A DNA stretch of 63,717 nucleotides from Octopus bimaculoides (lineage: Eukaryota): NCBI RefSeq assembly GCF_001194135.2, contig NC_068990.1, positions 91,233,093 through 91,296,809 of the forward strand, read 5' to 3'. Positions 40,801 to 51,870 of this stretch are shown here, piece by piece (the first letter of the stretch is position 1; every line of letters begins with the position of its first letter). Made by a program: the position numbers and the translations under genes. A model generated the notes under the pieces. The model ran no database searches. It saw nothing but the letters and a program-made list of their open reading frames with translations, and was not told the DNA's origin.

Positions 40801-43800
40801 TTATTTGTTATCCTTAGCTTTTTTTAAATTATTTCTCTCAAATGCTACCGTTTGATGTGATGAGAGAGAAGTTGGTATTTAAAGTTTGATCATTGACTTC
40901 TTTCGCTTGAAATCTCAAATTTGCTGATTTCTCACATTCCAGCCCCCTCCCTTCCCTTTTACATACGAATATTTCCTTCTCCAAAACATAAATGTCTGCC
41001 ACTCAACACCATATTTTCTGAAGGTGTTTCAATGTGCACACACACACACTGCATCAAAAAGCTGTAAATACCAAGCTGTCAGTAGAGGGGAAGTTACAGA
41101 CAAGAGACTATCACCCTATCCAGGGAGAGAATTTCACTATAAATCACCAACAAGATATCAGCATCAACCTTTTAAAGCTGTGTTCTTTGTGCATTAAATA
41201 CAATAAAATAAGCACAGGCATGGCTTGCAGTCGAGTACTTCAGAGTCAACAAGAGACATGGGTAGAGAGGAGCATTTCAGAGTCAACAAGAGACATGGGT
41301 AGAGAGGAGCATTCTATGGAGCGAAAACCTGGTCAATGATGAAAGAAGTTCAAAACTGCTTTGGTGGTTTGACATTGCTCCTCGATGCAGGATAGGCTCT
41401 ACTGATTACAGCCATCAGGCTGAACACCAGGCCATATTACAGGTTATATTTTGGAGACTTCTACATTCTAACAGAAGATGACGGTCACTCAACTTCAAAG
41501 ACGTGACATGCAGAGACACACGGCATGAAACTGAGGACTTTCCAAAGCTACCTGATGCAGTGTGACAGTGAAAACACATCTCAAAGAAATAATTCTGTAC
41601 AAAGAAAGGGGCCTTTACATGGAGACTTAACTTGCTAGAATATAGAGGCAAATCTTTCTCAAATACTCTAAGACTTACTGCCTTAAAAAAAAGATGGTCA
41701 TAGGCAGAGGAGTGGCTGTGTGGTAAGTAACTTGCTTACCAACCACATGGTCCCAGGTTCAATCCCACTGTATGACACCTTGGGCAAGTGTCTTCTAATA
41801 TAGCCTCGGGCCAACCAAAGCCTTGTGAGTGGATTTGGTAGACAGAAACTGAAAGAAGCCCATCATGTGTGTGTGTGTGTGTGTGTGTGTGTGNNNNNNN
41901 NNNAGGTGTGGCCCTATGGTAAGAGGCTTGCTTACCAACCACATGGTTCCAGGTTCAGTCCCACTGCATGGCACCTTCAGTCAATATTGTGATGATGTTC
42001 ATTTTGTTTGATGTTGTTGTTTTTTATACAGCATGTCTATCTAGAGATTTTCTCTCAGGCAACAATCACACCAGTCTTTCCATGGTGTGAATAAATTTAT
42101 TATAATACACAGATGGTTATTTTAAACATTCCTCAGTTTATTGAATAAAACACTTATTTCCTGTGATTAAACATATTGCAAAGTTGAGAGAAAACTGAAA
42201 TCTGCTTGGTTTGTTCCTTCACAGCAGGTCAATGACAAGAAAATGCCCACAAACAGGAATCAAATCCGTGACACATAGACTTCAGAGTCAATTGTTTGTT
42301 ATTCGACTACACTCCTCTACTGACCGAAAAATTGTAGTGAAACAAGGGAATTGTTGATAAGATGTCGTCAGAATGAGGTCAGATTTCAGTTTAACCAGTT
42401 AAAATTAATAATAATTTTACTCTAAACTCATTAACAAGGCTGATTAAATCATTTACTTTGGATAACATCTGTATCCAGTGGAATAAATAAAACGATGTGG
42501 TTTCACGGTTTTTATATTCACAGTTCATACCCTACCAAGATCAACTTTCATTTCAGCCTTACTCGATCGGGTAATCAAGTACTTGTGAAGTACAAGTGTT
42601 AATACAATTGGTTGTTCTACCCACTAAAAATGTTCGGCCTTGCACTGCAAGGATTTCATCACTGTTCTATTTATTTGTCTCACATGATAAGTCTACTTCG
42701 TTCCAAGTACGTAAAATGGCCAATAAAAAAATCAATGAGTGATAATAATTGATAATAAAGTGATAAGTCTCCATACTTATCAGAAACCACTCGTTTGATA
42801 TACAAACTTACTGCTATGTAAAAAGAAATGAAGCAATTTTCTTTCTCAAGTGAGATCACATGCAGACAGATAACGTGATTTTTTCCGTCGAATACTGAAA
42901 AGGAGGAATTTGGCAGATATGTAAACAAAACGGAGAGAACCACATACAAAAGACATACTGGTATTCCCAACGGTCTACAATAATTCTAAAATACGGTGCT
43001 GTATTAGTGTTTTGAAAATATACTATAAAATGGCAATTAAGTCAGCTTAGTTAAGAGTTAATAATCACAGGTTCCCTTATTGGCTTATAAAGTATTATTT
43101 ACATTATATATATGGAATCTCTCCGAATGCCAACACAAATTCTAAGATGTGTTGTTGGTATGATTACGAAATATACCATAAAACGGCAATCGGTTGAATT
43201 AAGCTTAACCCATGAAACGCTGGAATTTGCCCTTACATAGCATGGACAGCAGGGCACATTTTATGAAAATGAGACTACCAGGTACACATAAAACACATCA
43301 TCTGCAAAGTCATTAGTTGAACTATTAGTCCATTTGCAGTCTGGTGGGGTATCGGAGCGTTTGAACGACATTAGACCCCAATAAACGCCCATAAATTAAA
43401 TGCATCTATCAGGGCCGCGATAGTGACCTGTCGACCTGCGCCTGGCGGCCACGATCGTGGTCCTTCGCGCTTAATGTGTTAATGGTGACTTTTGTAAAAT
43501 GACGACTTCTATGTAAATCGGATGAATGTAACATGTTTCTAGGTAGTCCCTTTTGCTTTCTACAAAAGATTGGTGTATAGCTACATATCACCTAAAATGT
43601 TCAAATTAAAATCTGGAAACTGAACGAAAAACCATTTTAAAGATAGTCGGGTCTATTCCAAACTATGAATGTCACATAAATGTCACGTCTAGAGAAACGA
43701 CACCAGATGGACTTTTGTCAGCAATTTTACGTACTTATACCGAAAAAAATCACTCACGAACTGTCCACACGTTTTCACCAATGGCTCAAGAGAACAGTAT

Positions 43801-44568
43801 GAACTTATGGAATCTTACAGTGTGTGTGTGTACATATACACCTTCAAGGATTTTAATCGATAACAGGGATTTCTGTATTGTCATACACACACACGTGTGT
43901 GTGTGTGTTTTGCAATACCAAAGTTTGAAAAGTGCTGACACACGAAACTCCCCGCCCGAGAGTCACTCTCGTGCTTCTGCCAAATATTAATATATACATA
44001 TACTTATATGTAATATTTTGGGCTAAAGAATATACATACACACACACACACTAACGGTGTATATTTGTAATATAACACACACTTCTCATGTATAATACAT
44101 ACACCTCACTGTTGTGTGTGTGTGTGTGTGTGTGTGTGTGTCGGTGTGTATGTATTACAGATCAATATTTGTGTCGTATTTGTTTCTAGAAGTTTCCGTT
44201 TGTGTCTACGTATTTCTCTTAGATTATTTGTTGATGTTTTCTATAAGAGGAATGGGTGGAAAAATACTTTTCGTACAACCATTCTATTTCAAGTTTTCTA
44301 TTTTTGCTTTTAATCAATTACATAACCTCAGTACTTTCTTCAATCTGTCACTTATTTCATCGCATTCTATCGAACGGCTCTGCTAAGAATTTCTATTATA
44401 ATTCAATACTATTTATCATCGTATATGCTGTTCCATGTATTAAACATATAACGAAAGTGTCCAGGTTTCGTTTCGTCAATACAAGAAAGCCATGTTACTT
44501 TTTGTACATTTTTCGTGTGTGTTGATTTCATTTTTAATTACGCTTCTCCAGCCAAGAGATACACACAC

Positions 44569-44620
<52 letters not shown>

Positions 44621-45671
44621 ATATATAATTACACGCATACATAAGTGTGTGTGTTTACTAGTATGGTTTTTGATGCTTTAGGAAATTTCATCTTTTCTTA
44701 AATCCTGTTACATCATTACATTTCTTTTAATGCTGTTAGTAATTAAATACTTAAGTGATCNNNNNNNNNNNNNNNNNNNNNNNNNNNNNNNNNNNNNNNN
44801 NNNNNNNNNNNNNNNNNNNNNNNNNNNNNNNNNNNNNNNNNNNNNNNNNNNNNNNNNNNNNNNNNNNNNNNNNNNNNNNNNNNNNNNNNNNNNNNNNNNN
44901 NNNNNNNNNNNNNNNNNNNNNNNNNNNNNNNNNNNNNNNNNNNNNNNNNNNNNNNNNNNNNNNNNNNNNNNNNNNNNNNNNNNNNNNNNNNNNNNNNNNN
45001 AACGAAAACAAAAGAAAAGGCCACACTGGACTCCTTTCAGTTCCCATCAACGAAATCCACCCCCAAGCCATTCGTCTGGCCGGGAATATAGAAAACACTT
45101 GCCCAAGGTACCACGTAGTGGGGGGGGGACTCGACGGAAGGCCACATGTTTGGGTAACAAGCTTCTTAACCACACAACCATACCTGTGTCTAATATACAC
45201 GCATTCATACGTGGTATGTATGTGTACACACGGCGAAGTAGGTTACCTGTAAATTGTCTGTGTTCATTCATATCATAACCATAGACAAACTTCAAATAAA
45301 CCTCGATCGTTTGACAAAAAGTCAACAAATATTACAAAGGAATTAGGCAGACATAAACAGAAACTTCTAGAAAAACAAACACGCCACAAATATTGCCCCC
45401 CCCCCCAACTCATACATACATACACATTATATATATTTATATATATAATCAGTGAGGTATGAATATTGTGCATACCAAGCAATGTTTGTATATTATTAGC
45501 ATGTCAGAAGTATATATATTACATTATAAATTTTATCAGAGGTATATAAATATATGACATATATATTATAAATATATTATATGTATATAACGTGTATTTA
45601 ATTCGATTTACTAACCTTTCTCCTGTGTAGATCAACACACCATAATTACAATGTGCTGTGTTCAGAGACAT
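32680..45671 (-). CDS. WBP2: WW domain-binding protein 2 orthologue; 7 coding exons join(45671-45616,39136-39040,37329-37191,36390-36298,34761-34627,33414-33328,32807-32680), 244 aa
   Basis: Manual splicing: all six introns are GT-AG, phases are compatible, total 735 nt = 244 aa + TGA. Protein [26 protein letters not shown]...[13 protein letters not shown]...[12 protein letters not shown]...[11 protein letters not shown]...PPPY...PPPYPG...[20 protein letters not shown]...[13 protein letters not shown] matches the recalled WBP2 GRAM/PH-like N-terminus, PY motifs and [14 protein letters not shown] C-terminus. Confidence 0.96.
33328..33414 (-). CDS. WBP2: WBP2 coding exon 6 ([28 protein letters not shown])
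   Basis: ctaacttcag acceptor, gtttgt donor, 87 nt, phase 1 to 1; contains PPPYPG. Confidence 0.93.
33553..34050 (+). mobile_element. Two SINE family B copies (B1 at 33553-33785; 3' part at 33920-34050) in WBP2 intron 5
   Basis: Head, core and tail match. Confidence 0.88.
34627..34761 (-). CDS. WBP2: WBP2 coding exon 5 ([44 protein letters not shown])
   Basis: tttatttcag acceptor, gtaata donor, 135 nt, phase 1 to 1; contains PPPY and PPAY. Confidence 0.94.
35168..35330. repeat. Degenerate minisatellite, unit about 27 bp, 5-6 copies
   Basis: Recurring gcatgcaaacagacagacc. Confidence 0.75.
36298..36390 (-). CDS. WBP2: WBP2 coding exon 4 ([31 protein letters not shown])
   Basis: cttctaaaag acceptor, gtaatt donor, 93 nt, phase 1 to 1. 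Confidence 0.95.
37191..37329 (-). CDS. WBP2: WBP2 coding exon 3 ([46 protein letters not shown])
   Basis: catttttag acceptor, gtaaat donor, 139 nt, phase 0 to 1. Confidence 0.95.
37381..37745 (-). mobile_element. Decayed mariner transposase 3' end in WBP2 intron 2
   Basis: Translates to ...PFTARK...(fs)[20 protein letters not shown]...[47 protein letters not shown] (YSPDLAPSDY motif), with an internal stop and frameshift; TIR-like end near 37381. Confidence 0.88.
38047..38392 (+). mobile_element. Second mariner 3' end with an internal inverted duplication
   Basis: Plus: [46 protein letters not shown], ending in TIR cattactttgtgactcaccctcgTA. 38047-38140 is the inverted [24 protein letters not shown] segment. 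Confidence 0.88.
39040..39136 (-). CDS. WBP2: WBP2 coding exon 2 ([32 protein letters not shown])
   Basis: tattttccag acceptor, gtaagt donor, 97 nt, phase 2 to 0. Confidence 0.95.
39780..39950 (-). mobile_element. SINE family B with internal deletions, WBP2 intron 1
   Basis: Core aaaggatgaaaggcaaagtcgacc and head gccagctcacc. Confidence 0.85.
41239..41312. repeat. Perfect 37-bp tandem duplication
   Basis: ttcagagtcaacaagagacatgggtagagaggagcat x2. Confidence 0.95.
41702..41980 (+). mobile_element. SINE family A 5' halves in WBP2 intron 1 (others at 39975-40100 -, 45015-45185 -, 36540-36705 -, 57565-57680 +)
   Basis: Head and core match with CpG>CpA/TpG changes. Confidence 0.85.
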
Positions 45672-45673
45672 TG
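45616..45673 (-). CDS. WBP2: WBP2 first coding exon (ATG at 45671; [19 protein letters not shown])
   Basis: Acceptor ttatgcag immediately before CA-ATG; donor AG/gttagt, phase 2. An upstream non-coding exon is implied. Confidence 0.92.
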
Positions 45674-45975
45674 CTGCATAACACAACCTTCGATCAACAA
45701 GAGATTTGCTATATATTTATATAAATATGGATGTATATATGTATGAAACACACCCAGAAATACTTGCGCTTGCGTCAGTGTGTCTGTGTGTATCACAATA
45801 TGTGAGTGAGTGTGTGTGTAATGCCAATGACGCAGTTACAGCTGTTCACGTGATCTGTCTCATGTGGCTCAAACACAACTCAACTGTTTATTACACTAAC
45901 TCTTGATTATTAACTAATTGAGCACACACACACACACATATATATATATACATATATATATATAAATATATGTAT

Positions 45976-46055
<80 letters not shown>

Positions 46056-46254
46056 ATACACACACACACACACACACACATAAAATGATAAATAAGGATT
46101 CATTATTCACACACGCATACATACATATATATATATATATATAAACATGTATTTATTACACCTGAAATGGAGCAAATGACAATTATTTTGAAAAAAGCAT
46201 TAAAAATATCTTCACTTCAAATGTAATTCTGAAGCAAAATAGTAGAGTTACCTC

Positions 46255-46289
<35 letters not shown>

Positions 46290-46295
<6 letters not shown>

Positions 46296-47165
46296 GCACT
46301 CTCTCTCCCTCTCTCTATGTATCTCTCTTTCACTGCTCTTCCCAGTTTTAATTCACTCATATCTCATCTTCTTTCGTCTTTCTTCTTCTCACTCTCCTCC
46401 TTCAAGTTCCTATCTCGTGTCTTTTACTGATTTAATTCTCATTTCTTACTCATCTTTTAACCCAGTCTTTCCTTCTCTTTACTTTGACATCTACCAAGCA
46501 CTCTTCCTTTTCTTTTTATCTCTCTCTCTCTCTTTCTCTCTCTGTCTGCTCTTCTTACTATCTTTCATCATTTACTTATCCCTCCCCCCAGCCTTTCTCT
46601 CTTTCTTCTTTTTGTCTGTCTTTTCCTATTTATCTTTCTCTCTCTTTTCATTTCCTCCCACCTTACTCTCTACTCTCCCCGTAGTTCAAAAGCTTTTACA
46701 TCTGGCTCTCTTTCTCTCTCTTTCTATCTCTTACCCTCCTTTCTTGCTCTTATTTTTCCCTCCTTTATACTCTTAATCTCTTCTCCTTCTTTAACCATCT
46801 ACCTCTCGCCTCTTTCTTCTCTTTTCATTTCCTCTTAGCATCTCTACATCTTTCTCTTTCCTTCGTATTATTTTTATATTCCCTCTCTCTGTCTGTCTCT
46901 CTCCCTCTCTCGCTTCTTACGTCTGTCATCCTCTCCTTCTTTCTCCCCTCTCATTTAGCCTTCTTTCCCTTTCTTTCCTCCCCTTCATTCTCTGTTACGT
47001 AAACACTATCCATTTCTCATCTCCCTTCTGTTTTCTTACATCCCTACCTTTCATTTCTCCCTCTGTTTCCTTTCCTTTCTTTCTCCCATCTTACCCTTCC
47101 CCTCATCCTCTTCCCCTCTCAGATACAATGCTATGATTCCCAAGTCCCTCTCACCTCATCTCATC
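46290..47165. repeat. About 870-nt CT-rich (polypyrimidine on +) low-complexity tract
   Basis: Direct inspection. Confidence 0.9.
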
Positions 47166-47169
47166 TTAC

Positions 47170-47900
47170 CTTTTTACTTTCATGCTTCTCATCCCACCTC
47201 CTCCTTTATTACCCTCACTCAACAACATGCAGCAGCAGTATTCATTGTACCAAGGGAAGCTAACGGTGTAAAGTGAATCCATGTAACCTAAGTGTACTTG
47301 GTACGTCTTCATAGCAACGGCTGAGACGGAGCTGTTGTAACATTCTACCTTTCTTAACACAGTATCGCATCAGAATATTTATTATACCATTTCAAAGTAG
47401 AAAACACACACACACACTCACACAGCCAAAATCTCTAATCAGTTTTTTAATATTTTCTCTTTCATTCATCTGCAGTTTTTAAAATAAGTAGTGATATACT
47501 AAAATCGTTCTAAAATCTATGGTCTTGTTTCTCTGCTAGAAATCATTATGATTATTAACAAGCAAATGGATTGACAGAAAATCTAAAGTAACGAACGAAA
47601 AAAAAGATGCTTGTCTGTATTTAAATACGTTCCCAGTTGAAATTCCATCAGGGTCGACTTCACCTTTCATCTTTCACTTTGGGGCAGTCGGTAAAATGAC
47701 GTTGTGAGTCGATCTAATCTTCTACAGCACACCTTTCCCAAAGTGCGTGGCTTTTTGTACCCTTATGTAAGAAATTGGTAAGTGAAGCCTGGTTTTCGAT
47801 GCTTAAATCACACAGTCTTACGTTTGTGTTGTTTCTCTGTGAAAAGAAAGCTGGGGACGTCGCACCTTGTCGACCATGCTTGGCCATTCTCCAATAACAA
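47170..47900 (-). promoter_or_regulatory. Candidate WBP2 5' UTR exon(s)/promoter; donor candidates AG/gtaaga at 47169 and AC/gtaaga at 47821
   Basis: The acceptor right before the WBP2 ATG requires an upstream exon. Two strong minus-strand donors lie in unique, CpG-retaining sequence; which is used cannot be decided from sequence alone. Confidence 0.35.
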
Positions 47901-48372
47901 AAGATGTTAGCAAGTAGAGAGGAAGGAGGATGAGAAGACGCAGCAGCAACGAAAGACTAATCACGTTAAAGAAATAACGGATTGTATATTTATTTCTCTT
48001 ATTTCTCTGCTCTCTGATTTTGCTATTTGGTTCTCGTTTTGTGATGCATGTAATTTATGAAGATTGGCTGTATAAAAAGAAAAGATCTGAAGAAAGATAG
48101 AATCATATATATTTTTAAAAATCGAAAACATTTCGTTGAAGATGCTGTGATGCTGGTGACAGCTTCGAGTTTTGTCCGATGGAAGTTTTAAGTTTGCTGT
48201 TGGTGCTGAAGCGAAAACAAACAAAGAAGCTTAGAGGTGATCCTTTGTGTTGTTGTTGTTGTCGTTCTGTCGTCTCTTCAAATTAACTGAGTCAAGGAAT
48301 GAATGAACGGTTTCGTTGATCAATCGGCTAGGTTGGCATTCTAAGAAAAAAAGAATAATAATAATAATAAAT

Positions 48373-48844
48373 ATGTCCAGCCAAACAATGAACGATTGTA
48401 CCATGTCTGACTACTACAGCAGTAACAACAATTACGATGCCAGTGACCCGAGTCCAGCTTATATGATGCCACCACCGACACCACCGCCGCCTCCGTCACC
48501 ACCTCCACCACCGATCACAACATCGACAACATTAAATTGTCGTACATCAGCAACAACATCGACATCAACAACAGCAGCGACAACAACAAATAGTAATTCG
48601 AACACTAGCAACGTCTGTCGTGCCATCGGACGGGGCAGATGTTGTCGCGACAGTTGCAGCCAAAGATGCCGCGGATGGAAAATCGAAGAACCTGGCGGAC
48701 CGAAACTCTGGCGACAAATGGTCATCGGGTTTGTGAGTGCCGCCTGTGTTGGACTTATCATGTTCTCGTTAGGGAGTATCTTTATTTCTGAGGCAGTTCG
48801 GTCACGTATATCTATCACCATTATGCTCTGTATCATGGGAATGG
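48373..48844 (+). CDS. First coding exon of a multi-pass membrane protein (Pro/Thr-rich N-terminus, 2 hydrophobic segments); possibly DC-STAMP/DCST-like
   Basis: 157 open codons from ATG (MSSQTMNDC...) ending at strong donor ATGG/gtaagt (phase 1). Hydrophobic MVIGFVSAACVGLIMFSLGSIFI and ISITIMLCIMGMG. The EPGG...2TM...MG layout resembles the recalled DCST1 N-terminus (family is inference). No next exon identified. Confidence 0.72.
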
Positions 48845-51345
48845 GTAAGTACATGTGATATTACTTTCTCTTTCCATATCTGTCTACCTTTTTATACACC
48901 TATGTTTATGTATCTATCATCTACCTCTCTGCATATGTGTGTGTGTCTATAGTATAGACACGTATGTGGAGTCTGTGCACATATCAGTCCGTTTATATAT
49001 GTAGCTTTCTGTTTCCCTACCTATATATCCTTATAATTTGTCCATATATCCATATAAATTATCTCTATGTATTTGTACGACTGCATAATTATGTCAGTGT
49101 ATTACTCTATCATTTGGTTCATTTGTATTTGTCTTATCCATTCTCCACCAACGCAAATGATTGTGTGTGTTTAGCTATGTCTGTGTTTATACACACACAC
49201 ATAGTCGTGTCTATCTATCTATCTATCTCTCCTATATATATAGTTGGAATTTACATAGAGAGAGAGAAAGAGAGTTATGCCTCTGTGCTGTGTATCGCTC
49301 AAATTACTTTACTGTCTTAGAAATGGAAAGGACACATTAGTCTATATAGTCCTAGCCTGCCCTTTATCACTAGATCAAGTCTGAGCAGTATAAGACTGGC
49401 AGATAAGGAGAACACAGGCAAGTCACACAGACAATGCAGTTTCATTGAAGTTTGTTCAGTCTGTTTAGACTGTCTCTTCTTCCTTCACCTGATTCTAACG
49501 GTAAATAAAGACAGCAGCCACGAGGGAGCCTATATGTGGTCGGTAGGACTGCTAGAAATCGCATTGAAATCCTCTTTAAATCACATCCCGCCCTCTTAAA
49601 ATGGGACACATTAGATAATGTAAGTCTGGCGGGGTTCAGTAGCTGGGAAGAAGAGACAGCATAGCCATGGTTGAATGATTCTGATTATTGTTTCTGCATG
49701 ATCGGAGCTGACCTAGAACTATTGCAGCACAACAGTAGTTTATAGATAAATAAATATCTGTTTTCGTTTTGAAGGTTCTTTTCTTTACATTTGTTGTAAA
49801 TATTTTTTTGGTTTTTGTGTATTTAAATCGTTACCTCCTGGTTCTGAGTTCTAGTTAAGGTTTTTACTTTTAAATCTCTTCAGTTGAAACAGTTTCGAGC
49901 ACCCCCGCCGCCGCCACCAGTTTCTCACCTCCGCTTCTACCACCCCATCAACACTATCTTACATTATGGGGTAGACTAAGGTAATGCAGAAGCCTTTGTG
50001 CAGTCGCTCGACGTGCCAGAAAGAAACAGCAGCCAAAACTCCCTCCAAGTCATACTCTGTCGTCTTAATTAGGGAAAGGACACGTTAGAGAATGTAACCT
50101 TACATACACTCCTCCCCTAAAAAGGACGGGGTGGTCGCAACCGATTGATCTTTGATCATGGACCTGCTCGATGGAGATCGAACAAACGTTGGGGTGCTTT
50201 TGTGACTTGATTAACGGAAATCATCACACTCCTCACCACCACCACCACCACCACCAATGTCGACTTCGTCATCATCATCATTTCCATCTTATCATTATCT
50301 TCATCAACACGATCGTCGTAATTACAAAACCGGTAGCGAACCGCACTAAATACTTGCTGCATTATAAATTTCCCTTCTTTCATCATCCAAGTTCAAATCC
50401 CACCAGTTTTTTAATTGGGATTTCGATACCTCTGTGGTCAATAAAACAACTCCCGATCAGTGTACAGAGGGTTTGCATTCCCTGATGACCTTTTGATTGT
50501 CGGAGATCGTTACTTTGTTATATAATTACTGTCGTGTTGTATATTTCCATAGATAAAACGGAGTGTTGTGGAGTTCATGCTTTTACCATACTTGTGTTGC
50601 AGAGTTAAGATTAATGTAGAGGGAAAACTTTGCGATGTCACGGCAATTTTACTCTGTGTGTTCCTCGAAACGGTTGATTCCTCTCTCTCTTGGAATACTT
50701 TTTGTCACGTTCATTGAAATGTGAGAGAAGAGAAATCATTGAACCAACCCAGTCTTCGGCAATACTGTTCTGATTCACTGCGTATTTCAATGACGAAAGA
50801 AAAAGGGGCATGGTTTTCAACATGGAATTGAAACTGTGTCGCGAGAATCAACGCTTCCATTGTCCTATCTCTTACCAGGAGCTCTCCTTCGCACATGCAC
50901 TCGTTGTTTAGCCTCAATTCAACCCTGAGCACCATCCGATCTTTCTGTGTATTTGTAGCTATTTCGCCTAATCTGTCCTTCTCTTATTTGAGACTGTAGG
51001 ATACGTGGTTAGAGGAAATTCAGGTGCTGTTTCTAGCAAGTTGACCCACCTCAAAAGATTTCCTTGTTATCTCAGTTGAGTGTTAGTTGTGACATTTTGC
51101 GGCAAAAATTCATTAACTATTTTATAATGCGAAACCTTCTGCTCTGAAACTGTCGTTACACGTGGGTCTGACATAAAGAGAACAATTGGAAAATCTCTCA
51201 GCATTTGTTAGACAGTTGCGTGGCCTCTGTTCCTTATAATATGCAGAACTAAGAAAGCCTTGTGCAGACTACAGTTGTCGTCATCATCATCATCATCCAC
51301 AATATCATACCAGATTTAATAATAATAATAATAATAATAATGACG

Positions 51346-51379
<34 letters not shown>

Positions 51380-51383
<4 letters not shown>

Positions 51384-51641
51384 CCTGTCTACTAAAGGCA
51401 CAAGGCCTGAAATTGGTGGGTGGGGGCTAGTCGATTACATCGACCCCAGTACTCAACTGCTACTTATTTCATTGAGCCCAAAAGGATGAAAGGCAAAGTC
51501 GACCTTGGCGGAATTTGGACTGAGAACTTAAAAACAGATAGAAGGCCACTAAGCATTTTGCCCCCTGTGCTAACGATTTTGCCCCCTGTGCTAACGATTT
51601 TGCCCCCTGTGCTAACGATTTTCTGACAGCTTGCCACCTTC

Positions 51642-51675
<34 letters not shown>

Positions 51676-51870
51676 TTGGTTCAGACCAGTAATTTCAAGG
51701 GGGACGGCAAGTCAATTCCATCGACCCCACTGTTCAACCAGTATTTATTTTATCGACCCTGAAAGGATGAAAAGCAAAGTCAACCTCCACCAGCAACATT
51801 TGAACTCAGAACATAAAAAGGAACAAAATGCTACTAGATATTTTCCCCAGTGTGCTAACGATTCTGCCAC
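51380..51870 (-). mobile_element. Two tandem SINE family B copies (others at 52540-52970 -, 53510-53730 +, 60310-60390 -)
   Basis: Family B core; (AAT)n spacers; 21-bp internal triplication. Confidence 0.85.

Noticed and set aside
42680-42970. Hydrophobic 96-aa ORF with a gtaagt donor as an alternative WBP2 first exon
   Set aside because: The donor is phase 0 in this frame whereas WBP2 exon 2 needs phase 2; the true first coding exon is at 45616-45671.
50711-50935. ORF faintly resembling a Tx1/L1 endonuclease (YCRRLGWF)
   Set aside because: Similarity is too weak to call without a profile search.
51555-51622. CRISPR-like array
   Set aside because: Head-to-tail repeats without spacers, in a eukaryotic SINE, with no cas genes.
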